Virus record (IMG/VR): IMGVR_UViG_3300013383_000023
Coordinates: 35,845-99,844 of that record
DNA length: 64,000 nucleotides
Reading direction: 5' to 3' (one strand)
Source: a virus
Lineage: Duplodnaviria; Caudoviricetes
Below the pieces are notes generated by a model. It had not been told where the DNA came from, ran no database searches, and saw only the letters and a program-made list of their open reading frames with translations. This document shows, piece after piece, positions 29,883 through 41,159 of the stretch (its first letter is position 1; the number at the start of each line of letters is the position of its first letter). The position numbers and the translations under genes were made by a program.

Positions 29883-32800
29883 ATGAATATATGTCCTAAT
29901 AAAAATAATCCTAAGATAGCTTAGGAGTTTAACGACATAGTTTAGGCCTTAAATAGTGAGGATTTAGCTTATGATTTTTGGGATTTAAATGGAGGTTTTG
30001 GTGCAGATAAGTAGATGGATGGAAGTCCGTCTACTTATTACCAAAAAATGATTTAGTCTGGAAGATCTAAGGAAATAGCTATACGAGCAAGATACGCTGC
30101 ATATAGAATGCAGAGAGATATAGATTAGTCTGTAGCTACTAAAAGTCCATTAGTAACTGATGGTATACTCAAACGTAACAGGATGCACGCTATTGACAGA
30201 TTAAGAGAGGCAGGATTGTTGAATAGGCAAGATGCAAATGTTAATAAGTATACTAAGCTTATAGTAGATAAGAATTATACTACAAAGCGATATTATAACA
30301 GAAAAACAGGCGAATTCAGAAAGGCGGTTTTATTGGATGTTCGTACTGGTGAATATTGGAATAAAGTAGACTTGATTTTAAGGCAGTATGGATTAACTGC
30401 AGAGATTGTGAATGGTAATGAGCTTCGTATTCCAGAAAGAGTTATTATGGATCCAGAAATAGATAGATCTACTAGAGATTCATACATAACTGGACGTCTT
30501 TGCAAATTCTTAAGTGCTAAAACCGGAGTTAATTATGTAATTTGTAATAATAGAGAAGACTTTAAACAGAAAGTAAAAGCTTCTGGTATATATTTAGGCA
30601 TTGATTTAAATCCTAATGCATTATATGCTACATCTGGTAACACTGTATATATTATAAAAGGTATAACTTCATCTAAAGCTACAGTTGAAGAGTTTATGCA
30701 TCCAATCGTTACGGCATTACAATACTTTAATACCAATACATTTGATTAGATATTAAGGGCATTAAGAACAAGTAACGACTCTAATATATAGGCTATAATA
30801 CGAGAAGCGTCTATAACATATGCCAATTTTGATCAACAGACAATTGACAATGAAATTGTAGCACATTATTTAGCGGAATGTCTTAATTCGAGTTTATTTC
30901 ATAAATATGCTATAAATTGGGGTCAAGAATTAAATAGGTTTGCAGTAAATGTATTTGACAATATTCACGATTCTTATACAGAATATATAAAAGATGAATA
31001 TGGATTTACTGATGAAGACATAAAGAATAACAAGTTATTCACATTTGATATATTTAGCAAAGACTTTAAGCTTAATAATTTTAATGATCTTGTTAAACTA
31101 TTTAACTATCATAACGTAAAGATAGATGGTTTGCATACTAATTTATATCAAGCAGCAGTAGATCGTGGATTACATTTGCTAGTAGGAGAATTGAACGATA
31201 AATTACCAAAAGCATTTTATAATCTATATAATAGCGATTTGCAGAAGTTTAATATTGCTGACAAAATATCTAAATATTATCAAGATCTGTTTAAATCATA
31301 TAGATAGGATAGTAGTAAATCCGTTATTGATGCCAAACGTGAAAACGCTATAAAGGAAACTATAATTCGACTTCGTGGTCAAAACAACAAAGACGCACTT
31401 AGCGTATTCTTATTAGATGCATTCCAGCAAATAGGTCTTACTGATACCTTTAACGCAAATCCTGATTGTGTAGTGAATCTTATGCAGAAATACGCTAAAG
31501 ACGGATACAAAACAATGCCATTATCTGAAATATAGAATTTATATAGTAGAGTATATGATACGTATAAGCAGATTTATGATACTATATATGGCAATCTATC
31601 AAATGACGAATTGAGTAAAGAAAAACTAGTAGATGAAAAAGGTAACGAACTTGGGACACTATTAGAAGCTTTAACATTAGTAAGAAATTCATTAGATGAT
31701 TTATATAAATAGATAACTGAGGCTTAGTTTGTAGCGGCGGAAAAATTTGCAAATTAGATCATAAACGAAACTGCTGGTAGAACATAGATGACTGATAAAG
31801 ATGGTAAACCTGTATATCTCGGCATGAACGCCGAAAAGTTTTCAAGGTATCGTGATTAGATGATTGACTGGTTTATGTATAATTATTTTAATCACGATGT
31901 TACCGTATTTGACTTCTTTAAGAATTTTGATGCGTCTTCAAATGTTGCTACAGCCAATATCGCTTATTTAATTCAACGTTAGAAATCGCTAGCTTCAGAA
32001 CGTTCTTATAATAGAATTGTTCGTATTATGAATCTATACAAAGAACTTAGACCTAAAGTAAGTATAGGTAACTGGCAAAAAACTCTTATGGAATTCGATA
32101 GAAATGGATATCCTACTGGATATTTTGCTAGTAAATATAATTATGGTCAATGCGAACAAGATATGCAAGCTGAAATAAACCAATACGTAAAAGATTGGGG
32201 AAAATAGCATGGTTATACATATCAAGTTAATCAATATGATTCATCTGTAGATTACAATTCGCTAACTGGAGAGCCATTTTATAATGAGACCTGGGAGTAC
32301 GATTAGAATGGAAATCCAATTGCTCCAGATTGGATAGAATTTTAGCGTGGTATTGAAAAAATCAAAGGTAAATATATAGAGCGGCGTTACACTGAGCAGT
32401 ACTATTTAGAACGTCTTAGTAAACCATTTAGAGAAGATGATTCAAATCCTGGTCATGGATTATCTCCAAGAACTAGATATTACTACGATTAGGCTCAATC
32501 TTAGGTTAATTATTTTCTTGATAAATGCTATGATGAAACTGATGGGTTTTCGCATCCAGAAAGATTGTCTGCAGCAGACCAAGAAGAATATGATATGTAT
32601 AAACAAAAACTTGAAGATCTTGCAAATCCTTTTGATCATGACGGAATAGCTAAATCTTCTGAAGATTTTCAAATGGCTCAAGAAATTCAAGCTTGGAATG
32701 CATATTGTCAATCAAAGTTTTCTGTAGAAACATTTAGACATAAATTTGAAAATCATGTTTCTGAATTAAAACACGAATTGGATGAGGCTGAAGCTAGTGG

Positions 32801-35800
32801 CGATTAGGAACGTATCAACAAGGCGTCTAAAGCCTTAAATGATTTCTATAAGTATAATGCTAAATATGATATAGCTCCAGAATATTATCAAATGGCTTTT
32901 GGTAATAGTCCCAAACATGATGATTATCTTTCAGACGTATATAGACAGCTACGTCGTTCATTAGCAAATTCTACTAGAGACAGTAAAAATAATCTAGTCG
33001 TTGATTTGAATAAATATGAAGATACCGCAGGATATTTTCTTTTATGTAGATATCTTGACCAGAAGATCGGCGATGCAGAATTTGCGGAGAAGTCGCAGTC
33101 TGATGAAGACGATAGTTCAAACTTTAAAGAATGGTTTACATCTCAAGCCGTATTATATAGAGATGGTAATGGGATGTATACAGATGCGTATACTGGTTAG
33201 AAATCAGTTTCTCCTACAAATTCTTCTAAAACATTTAAAGCACATCTTCTTGAACATTGGGTTGAAAAGATAGTAAAATCTCAAGATAAAACAATCGAAG
33301 GACTTGTCGATTAGAGTGGTCAATTAATGGATTTCAGCGGAATGTCTGAACCAGAAATCATGAAATGGCTTGATGAAAACGTTTTGACATATGAAAAAAC
33401 TGTATTCGTAAAAGATAAAGATGGCAATTATGTATTAGATGCCGATAGAAATAGAACAACTAAAGTTGTAAGATAGAATATATCATGTCTTTCTCAACTT
33501 CTTCCATCTAAGAGCGAAATTGTCGTATATGGAAGGAAAATTTCTTCCATAACATGGAATCCATCTGGTAGAGTATATACTGAAAAGTATAATAGCAAAA
33601 GTAGTAATCAATTTGTTAATGAGAATTTTGACAAATCTGTTGGTACTCAGTATCACCCAAAGGCATCTAAGTACACAAATACGGAGTATGGCAAACTTTT
33701 GCCTGAATAGCTCTAGTTAATGGACGCTTTAACGGAAGAAATTAAACGATGCTTCAATGATATGGGATTTGAAGGTATTTATGATAACCGTGTCCCTTAG
33801 ATTGAAGCTGGAGGATCTGCTATGATTTCCAGGTGGTTTAGATCGCCTAAATCTTCAATCCTTAAATTCATAGACAATTACTTTACTGGATAGCGTCAAG
33901 ATAGCGATATTCGCGATGTTAGAGATTTACCAGTAGATTTTACTGGAAATAGAAAGTATACATTGGCAACTAGATTTATGAATAAACTTCAAGATCCTAA
34001 GCATTTGTCAACAGACTTAGTGTGTGGAGTTATGTAGCTTATTATAGAATCTGAGAATTTTAAAGCATTTAAAGCTATTGAAAATGAAATACTTACTGCC
34101 GATAAGGTAATGAATAAACAGTCTAGAGGTGGAGATCAAAGTAAAATGTCTGCAAAATAGTCTAATTCATATACTTACTTTAGAAAAATGCTTTAGACTA
34201 TGTATTATCAAGAATCTGGATTAGGTTTTGGTTCTGATTAGCCACTAAGTGTTAAATCAAGAAGAATATGGACTATTATAGGCACTTTTGTTGGTGTTGC
34301 ATCGTTACAGATGCTTGGATTTAATACACCATCAGCTGTTGCTGGATTTGTTGGTTCGACAATATATTTGCTTTCGTATTTCGGGCAACAAACAGGTCGA
34401 CTAAATTTAACGGATATTGTATATTCTATTGGAAGAAGTTTGCCTTCTTTAATATATAGTCTTGTTAATTGTGGCACAATATTACCTTCTTCAAAAATCC
34501 CGGCGTTAATGTATTTAAATGATCTTTCGAAATCTAAACGTGAAGGATTCCGTGATACATATAAATCTAGATTAAGAAAGGTTGGATCACACTTAGCGAT
34601 GGCTGTATTTGAAATGTGTGATAGAATCGGAAACTCATTTTTAACTGTAGCAATGTACAAAAACTATAGACTCATAGATTCTCTTGACAAATATGGAATT
34701 GACCCAGGATTTTATTCTTGGGAAGAATTAAAAAACATAGCCGAATAGAAAGGTATATCAAAGTCTATTATTAGAATGGCCTATTATATCAAGTCTAGAA
34801 ACAAGACTCTATTTGATGCATATAATTTTAGTCATAAAAGCAAACAATTAAATATTGAAGATTGGGCTAAAGATTATGTAACTTCAAGACTGAAAGAAAA
34901 TGTTAGATCTAGATTAAATAATGGAGCGGCTTTAGTTAATGGCCTTGGAAATTCTGATATTCCGTCTCCATATGAAAAACATATTGGTGTACGCAGTTTC
35001 TTTGGCATGCGTAAATGGGCTGTAAACGCCACAAATGAAGTACTTGGAGGAAATAATACATATAGACATACTACTGAAAAAAAATCAAATGATAACGATG
35101 TAAATTCATAGGGAAGAACTGTTAAAGGCTCTAAAGAAGAAGAAAATAAGAGTTACGGGCCAATGACAAATGAAGATAGATATTATCGTGGGCATTTTAA
35201 TCCTGCTACAGGACGTGAAGATTCTGCAATTTTTAGAAATTTCTTTCAAGGATTATAGACTATCTATTACAGGATTAAATAGGCTATGATTAATGACAAA
35301 AATTCTAAAATGAAACCAAAATTTAACAAGGGTCAAAAGAAAGCGTTTTATATATTAGCATCTGCTGCGATTACTTATATAGCAATGCTTTTTACGTAGC
35401 CGCTAATTTCGCAATGGGCCCATTATCCATAGTATATTAATAAATCTAATATACAAGACGGGATGAATGGCTCGCAGCAAGAAATTGCTCTAAAATATAC
35501 AACTGGTATCGCTAATACACCATCAGAATATTTTTAGAAAGGCGTATGGAGAATGATGCTGTATAATGCATACGAAAGAGGCGTATCTAGTTATTTTAAC
35601 AATTATGTCCCTGGCATTGGAATGGTCGATTTCTTTACAGCGCCATTTACACAAACTCAATAGCTGCAAAATACTGGTAATCTAAATTTCGGAGACGCTG
35701 TTGAAATATGGTGGGATGCGTTTTGGAGATTTTAGACATCTAGAGGTCCCTCTGATGCTTCATATGTTTAGAATAAAGACGATTTAGTTAGAAGTGGAGG

Positions 35801-36146
35801 ATATAAAAAATATCCGAAAAAGGTGTATAATATGCAGAAGGGCATCGGTCTTTCAAAGAATATTCATACTTCAACGTCAAACCCAGCGCTTGAAAATAAC
35901 ACGTCTTATTATAGAGATAATTTGGGTACTATTGGCCAATCTGCGAATTCATTTAGATCTGTCAATATGTTTGGAAAACATGTACCAATTAAAGACTACT
36001 GGATGAATCATGGTCCGTATTAGTATAATCCTAATAAAACTAAAGAATTTAAATCCCCATATCGCAGTTATAGCAATACTGGATTTGCAGCTCCTCCACC
36101 ACCTCCAGCTCCTGTTGCTCCTCCTCCACCACCTCCAGCTCCTTAA
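29883..36146 (+). CDS. Large cargo/ejection protein (~2,087 aa) with degenerate zincin motif, TM segments and poly-Pro tail (TAG=Gln)
   Basis: Fragments 30183, 32565, 32892, 34311, 34776 and 35823 share one frame. 'VEEFMHP' motif; ends APPPPPAP-TAA. Confidence 0.7.
36091..36143 (+). repeat. Direct repeat encoding a poly-proline tail
   Basis: CTCCTCCACCACCTCCAGCTCCT at 36091-36113 and 36121-36143. Confidence 0.9.
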
Positions 36147-36184
36147 TATATGAGCCTATAAATAACTTACCTATAAATAGAAGA

Positions 36185-36230
36185 AAAACAAAGGGTAACA
36201 TTCTACATCTGTAGAGTGCTACCCTTTTTC
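36185..36230. terminator. Bidirectional terminator between the convergent late and early modules
   Basis: AAGGGTAACATTCTAC-ATCT-GTAGAGTGCTACCCTT hairpin with an A-run upstream and a T-run downstream. Confidence 0.8.
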
Positions 36231-36233
36231 TAT

Positions 36234-36713
36234 TTAAACAATTAAATCATTTTTAGTATACTCATAATACGAACCATTATAGTCCGCTGGAGGTATACTA
36301 TCGTGTCCATCAAATCCTAATATTGATTTAGATAACAATTCTTCAAAAACTGTATCATAATCATTCCAGAATTTTATGATGGTTATTTTCTCTTTTGCAT
36401 TCAAATTCAAATAAGGAGCTGTAAATTTTCTTAAATTTCTATTAGTATAGAATTGATAAATAATATAATGCTTATTATTTATTGTTCTATTCTTTACAAA
36501 CTTAACTTCTATTAAACTGCTTAATTTTCGTGCAGTTTTAATACTTTGTTCAGTTCTTATTGAATCATCATACATTAAGTATATTTCGTTATCGAAAGTT
36601 GGATTGTCAGTATCGTTAATATATAAATTAACAAATCCTGATTCTGTCGAGCAATCTTCTTTCACAAGACAATCGCTCAAAAAAGGCAATATTATTTTTG
36701 CTAAATCACTCAT
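36234..36713 (-). CDS. Hypothetical protein
   Basis: 159-aa ORF overlapping the stop of the upstream gene. Confidence 0.7.
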   Translation of the reverse strand: MSDLAKIILPFLSDCLVKEDCSTESGFVNLYINDTDNPTFDNEIYLMYDDSIRTEQSIKTARKLSSLIEVKFVKNRTINNKHYIIYQFYTNRNLRKFTAPYLNLNAKEKITIIKFWNDYDTVFEELLSKSILGFDGHDSIPPADYNGSYYEYTKNDLIV

Positions 36714-37716
36714 CTAAATTAAGCATTTCTACTCCAAAATTAGTATAATATTCCTTGCTATGATCCCATTTATTATTAGTCTGATGCCAACAAATATCTT
36801 TTAATGCATTTAATACATTTACAATATTCTTACCAGATTCTACATCTTTAGTTTTTATTTTAAGCAATCTAACTTCATTTACTTGTATTGTATCAATTGC
36901 TATAATATAGAATCGCATATCCCAGTCACGCAATTCTTGATTACGCTCATTTTTAAGATACCATTTAACGGCTAAACTATAGAAATATAATTGCCTTGTA
37001 TAATCATAATGGTTTACACTTTCTTTAAAATTATGTATATTAACAGTTGTTTTTATATCTGCTATTACACATTTCTTATTATCAAAGTCAAACCATACAT
37101 GATCAAGTAATGACTTACATTTTATAACAGAATCTTTATCTGTTAATGGATTTTGGAATGAATACTCCCAATTAATATGAAATTCGTGATAATACTCTCC
37201 GACTTTTGGATATAATAAATTCCAAGCATATCCATGCTCTTTTACTAAATCTTTAATTTTACAAAGTCGTTCATACTCCCATTTACTAACAGGAATACGT
37301 TTATCATTACGTTTCATATAATCAATATATCCCTTTAATGTAGAGGCCATTTCCTTTGCTTTAGACAGCGTTTTATCGTCATCCTTATAACTTGTCTTAT
37401 AGGCAGCTTTATATGCGTTTATAAGTGCTTTATCTGGCTCTATTTCAAGTGTATTTATAAGTTCATCACAGAACTTATCTTGATTTGGAGTAGAAGGTTT
37501 TTTAAAGTCAGTAACTATATAATCTTTATCAAACTCTTCTGGCTGTAAAAGAAATTCATGAATCATAGTACCATTTGTCATAGCTTGAGTAGAATCTTCT
37601 TTTACCTTCCCAGTTAGTTTGTCATGTAAATAAATAGGCCCATACTTCAAAAACCAACCAATATTGGAATTTGAAATACGGGTCATATCTTCATAATACG
37701 GTATTTTAATATCCAT
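36706..37716 (-). CDS. PD-(D/E)XK exonuclease (DUF3799/ExoVIII-like)
   Basis: 'ISNS', 'GTMIHEFLLQP', 'KSLLDHV...IADIKTT' and 'YTRQLYFY' motifs. Confidence 0.8.
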   Translation of the reverse strand: MDIKIPYYEDMTRISNSNIGWFLKYGPIYLHDKLTGKVKEDSTQAMTNGTMIHEFLLQPEEFDKDYIVTDFKKPSTPNQDKFCDELINTLEIEPDKALINAYKAAYKTSYKDDDKTLSKAKEMASTLKGYIDYMKRNDKRIPVSKWEYERLCKIKDLVKEHGYAWNLLYPKVGEYYHEFHINWEYSFQNPLTDKDSVIKCKSLLDHVWFDFDNKKCVIADIKTTVNIHNFKESVNHYDYTRQLYFYSLAVKWYLKNERNQELRDWDMRFYIIAIDTIQVNEVRLLKIKTKDVESGKNIVNVLNALKDICWHQTNNKWDHSKEYYTNFGVEMLNLDE

Positions 37717-37742
37717 TTTCTAGCAATTCAAGTTCTTTTATT

Positions 37743-38657
37743 TTAACATCTACAGCATGCCACACCTTCACGGCATTTATCGCATATAGGGTCGGATTCG
37801 TATTTAGAAACTTGTTCCACGCTTTCGTCTTCTCTTTCTGAAGTCTTCCTATTTCTGTTATATATGTCGACATTTTCGTCAATAGTATTAATATTCATTA
37901 ATTTTGCAAGTTCGTTATAATCTTCTTCTGGGAAAGTCTTAATTTCGTTTATGAATTCAATAACGTTATCATAGCTTTTTGTCTCAAAATTAGAACTTAT
38001 AAAATTAAATACAGATTCACATCTATTTGAATCACCAAGTTTGTCATCGATAACTCTTCTAATCATCTCATCTGACAATCCATCAAAATGCATTAAATAT
38101 CTTACACGACTACATCTATCTTTAAGATAATCAGACAATTTAGTAGATTCGTTACATGTCATTAATACTATTTTTTTGCACGTATCTTGCACTCCATCAA
38201 GAAATGATAGCAAGTCTTCAGAATACCAATTTTTATTCTTTTCGACTTCATCTAATATAACTACAACGTCAGTATTAATCTTAGTAAAGAATTCAACTAA
38301 TTTTACAGATGGATACGTTTCGTCAATCACTATAATTGGCAGTTCTGATTTATTAGCTATTCTTTTACAAGTTAAAGTTTTGCCAGAACCTTTAAGTCCC
38401 TCAAGTAAAACTCCTACCGATTTGTTGTATTTATTAAAATAAGATAATGTTCTATCAATAAGAGCGTCTTCTTGTTTACTAGAATATATTTTAGATGGAA
38501 CTGTTAAATGTCCATCTATTTCAAGATATGAATAACCTTCATATCTTTCGTATTTAAGATTATATACCTTACCTTTTTTTAAATCGTAATTTAACCCTTT
38601 TGGTGACAGAGTAATTCTATCTCCAACTTTAATAAAATCATTATTCATTTGGTTCAC
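37743..38657 (-). CDS. AAA+ ATPase
   Basis: Walker A GLKGSGKT, Walker B VVILDE, 'LLSFLDG', 'DRCSR'. Confidence 0.85.
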   Translation of the reverse strand: MNQMNNDFIKVGDRITLSPKGLNYDLKKGKVYNLKYERYEGYSYLEIDGHLTVPSKIYSSKQEDALIDRTLSYFNKYNKSVGVLLEGLKGSGKTLTCKRIANKSELPIIVIDETYPSVKLVEFFTKINTDVVVILDEVEKNKNWYSEDLLSFLDGVQDTCKKIVLMTCNESTKLSDYLKDRCSRVRYLMHFDGLSDEMIRRVIDDKLGDSNRCESVFNFISSNFETKSYDNVIEFINEIKTFPEEDYNELAKLMNINTIDENVDIYNRNRKTSEREDESVEQVSKYESDPICDKCREGVACCRC

Positions 38658-39048
38658 TGCATTTAATGTCTCGAATCATTTCGTCTACCTGTTTATGATT
38701 TCTCACCATATAACATTTCATCTTACTACGATGTTTTTTAAGGTAGTATTTAAAAAGCTTAAACCGTAATGGAAATGATTCTGTTATCATTCCTTTACAT
38801 TCTACTACAAATTTCTTTCCCTTATAGCTTCCTATAAAATCTGGCAAATATGTAATCGGTCTAATCTTTTCATTTTGAAACTCGAACTTATTAAGAAGAG
38901 TGAAATGCTTTGGCTCATATTTAGCCGATATTCCGGCATTAGTAAAAGCTTCATAAGTATAGAGTTCGAGTTTACTTCTGAAATTTATTCCATACTTAGT
39001 GACTTTTGTCGCATTCTTCACTCTTCCTGTAGATTTAAGATTCCTCAT
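38641..39048 (-). CDS. DUF1064/T7 endonuclease I-like PD-(D/E)XK nuclease
   Basis: 'GINFRSKLE', 'TYLPDF' and 'VVECKG' motifs. Confidence 0.8.
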   Translation of the reverse strand: MRNLKSTGRVKNATKVTKYGINFRSKLELYTYEAFTNAGISAKYEPKHFTLLNKFEFQNEKIRPITYLPDFIGSYKGKKFVVECKGMITESFPLRFKLFKYYLKKHRSKMKCYMVRNHKQVDEMIRDIKCSEPNE

Positions 39049-39188
39049 AACGCGCCTTCATACGTATATTATACGATTTAGGCTTGTTAGATTCCTCTTT
39101 TTTGAATTTACGCAACTCGTAATGTGTTGTTACAAGCGCGGCAAGTGCTCCTGCTACTATACCGAGAGCAAACGAAGTTATACATACT

Positions 39189-40166
39189 TCAATCATTTTT
39201 ATATTTAGTTAAAGTGTTATCTAACCAGTCTTTAATTGTGTTAAAACCATTAATCTTAACAGCATCAGATATATCCTTAGCTTTAAACTTTTTATTAATT
39301 AGAAATGAATCTAATCCATATTTTTTACTAAACTTTCTAGTTCGTTGAACACCTGTTTTATCTCTATCAAATAGCAATAAAACATGCTTAAATGTTGATT
39401 TACACCAATTTACAACATTATCATCAATAAATGTAGTTTCACTAGATGGAGATATTGCGTTGTACCCCATTTCGTATAACACCATTACATCTTTCATTGA
39501 TTTTGTTATAATTAGTATACTTGTTTTGTTTAAGTTTAATTGATTAAATCCTTGTATGTCAGATGAAGTCATATTGTTACGCCATTTAGTTTGTTTTGGT
39601 GCTAATGGTCGATATATCTTAAAATGATTATTGACTTTATACGCATACATTGGACAATCGTTTTTATATATTGCTCTTACTATATTATTTAGCAAAAAAT
39701 ACCTTATACTGAACACATTGTATAACTTAAGAGTTTTTCTAGTTATTCCAAATTGTGTCCAGTATAAGTCGTCTGCATCCGTAAACGGTTGACGTACTAT
39801 CCCAATATTACATCCAGACGACGGAGTATATTGAACAGTTCGAGAACGAATGCTGTCTGGATTAGAAGCTTTAAGGATTTTTAATAATTCTTTTTCTAAT
39901 CCTTCTCTAGTTTTTACACCAGACATTAATTTACAGAATGTAATAGCATTACCAGATTGTCCAGAGCCATGATCTTTAAATAATAAATCACGATTCCTAC
40001 TTGGGAACACTGCAAAACTAGGTATTTTATCTGTGCTTCTTAGAGGACTATTATATAGCTTTCCTACTTGGAACTTACCCATATAGTATGCATAAATATC
40101 ATAATCACTCAACTTTTCCAGAATATCTTTAAGACTCATGGTTATGGCATTTTTAGTGCTATACAT
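39189..40166 (-). CDS. dnaG: DNA primase (Toprim)
   Basis: Degenerate N-terminal Zn-finger region 'SPLR.DK.PSF...FKDHG'; Toprim motifs 'IITKSMKDVM' and 'FDRDKTG'. Confidence 0.75.
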   Translation of the reverse strand: MYSTKNAITMSLKDILEKLSDYDIYAYYMGKFQVGKLYNSPLRSTDKIPSFAVFPSRNRDLLFKDHGSGQSGNAITFCKLMSGVKTREGLEKELLKILKASNPDSIRSRTVQYTPSSGCNIGIVRQPFTDADDLYWTQFGITRKTLKLYNVFSIRYFLLNNIVRAIYKNDCPMYAYKVNNHFKIYRPLAPKQTKWRNNMTSSDIQGFNQLNLNKTSILIITKSMKDVMVLYEMGYNAISPSSETTFIDDNVVNWCKSTFKHVLLLFDRDKTGVQRTRKFSKKYGLDSFLINKKFKAKDISDAVKINGFNTIKDWLDNTLTKYKND

Positions 40167-40182
40167 AAGCTTAAATTTTATT

Positions 40183-40259
40183 GCGCCGTTCCAGGAGTTG
40201 AACCTGGTAATCTAGCCATTAAATGTGGCTTGCATTGAACCGAAAATGCTATAACGACA
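40183..40259 (-). tRNA. Atypical tRNA-Lys(UUU)-like gene (A33, weak acceptor stem)
   Basis: Cloverleaf with D stem GCAT/ATGC, anticodon arm AGCCA-CATTTAA-TGGCT and T arm CCAGG-TTCAACT-CCTGG. Confidence 0.55.
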
Positions 40260-40263
40260 AATG

Positions 40264-40347
40264 TACCGCAAGCGAGACTTGAACTCGCACGACCATATGG
40301 TCATCAGATTTTAAGTCTGAATTGTCTACCAATTCCAACATTGCGGC
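40264..40347 (-). tRNA. trnL: tRNA-Leu(UAA)
   Basis: Acceptor GCCGCAA/TTGCGGT, anticodon arm TCAGA-CTTAAAA-TCTGA, long variable arm, T arm GCGAG-TTCAAGT-CTCGC, discriminator A. Confidence 0.92.
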
Positions 40348-40392
40348 ATATGGACTTTTAAACAGAGTCCTAACTGTGCTCCACCAGACTTT

Positions 40393-40995
40393 TTAGAAAG
40401 GTAAGTCACTACCTATATTCTTCTCAGTTTCCGGAGTACTTTCCATTGCGGAAGCAAGCGGGTCGACAGGTTTTTCAACGTCTGCTTGGACTGGACGCTC
40501 AACTAAATCGCGAGCGAACATCTTAATCTGAGAATCTTTTACGTCCATTGGTTCTACATACAATCCATTCTTGGATACTGTAATATATCCCTTCTTATCG
40601 TATATTACCTTAAGACGCAACTTCTTCTTTGTAGGAATTAATGGAGTCAATGTGGATTTAACCCAATTAATCATGTCTACAAATGTATTTAATTCAACTT
40701 CTGGACATTTTTCAAAGTAGCAATTAATAAGTTGAATAATTCTACCAAACTGTCTATTATTTGCATTTTGCAAATCTTCGTCTGTCTTAATATACAAACC
40801 CTTGGTGTTTTCCCATTCTGTAAAATCAGCTGTTTTACCAGCTTCATTTTCGAATACGATTTTAAGAAATTGTTTACCCTGCGCTGAAGTCTCTACTGAA
40901 ACTTCTTTAAGAGTAACATTCTCGTTAATACCAGGATCCATATAATTAGAATCAAATGCATTATTATTAATTGTAGCTGTATTCGTACTAAACAT
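40393..40995 (-). CDS. Single-stranded DNA-binding protein (OB-like)
   Basis: Acidic tail ending 'SDLPF'; adjacent to the Sak4-like ATPase and the primase. Confidence 0.65.
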   Translation of the reverse strand: MFSTNTATINNNAFDSNYMDPGINENVTLKEVSVETSAQGKQFLKIVFENEAGKTADFTEWENTKGLYIKTDEDLQNANNRQFGRIIQLINCYFEKCPEVELNTFVDMINWVKSTLTPLIPTKKKLRLKVIYDKKGYITVSKNGLYVEPMDVKDSQIKMFARDLVERPVQADVEKPVDPLASAMESTPETEKNIGSDLPF

Positions 40996-40997
40996 AA

Positions 40998-41159
40998 TTA
41001 TTTCGTTATTTCATTAATTCTACTTCTATATTCTTCTTCTGATTCCTCGTTGGCCAATTTCACATTCGTATTACAAATAAAATCCCAAGAAGGAAGCTCT
41101 GCTTTATTAACATATGCTAATGCATATGCGTTTATAAGATTATCTAATAGTTCTTTCAT
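40998..41159 (-). CDS. Small hypothetical protein (53 aa, below track cutoff)
   Basis: ATG overlaps the upstream TGA; fills the gap exactly; starts MKELLDNLINAY. Confidence 0.55.
   Translation of the reverse strand: MKELLDNLINAYALAYVNKAELPSWDFICNTNVKLANEESEEEYRSRINEITK

Noticed and set aside
561-34660. Minus-strand ORFs over the late module and plus-strand ORFs over the early module
   Set aside because: Antisense shadows of real genes, with no motifs or plausible leaders.
904-36146. Many short + strand ORFs read as pseudogenes or separate genes
   Set aside because: They share frames and end in TAG; recoding explains them as long intact genes.
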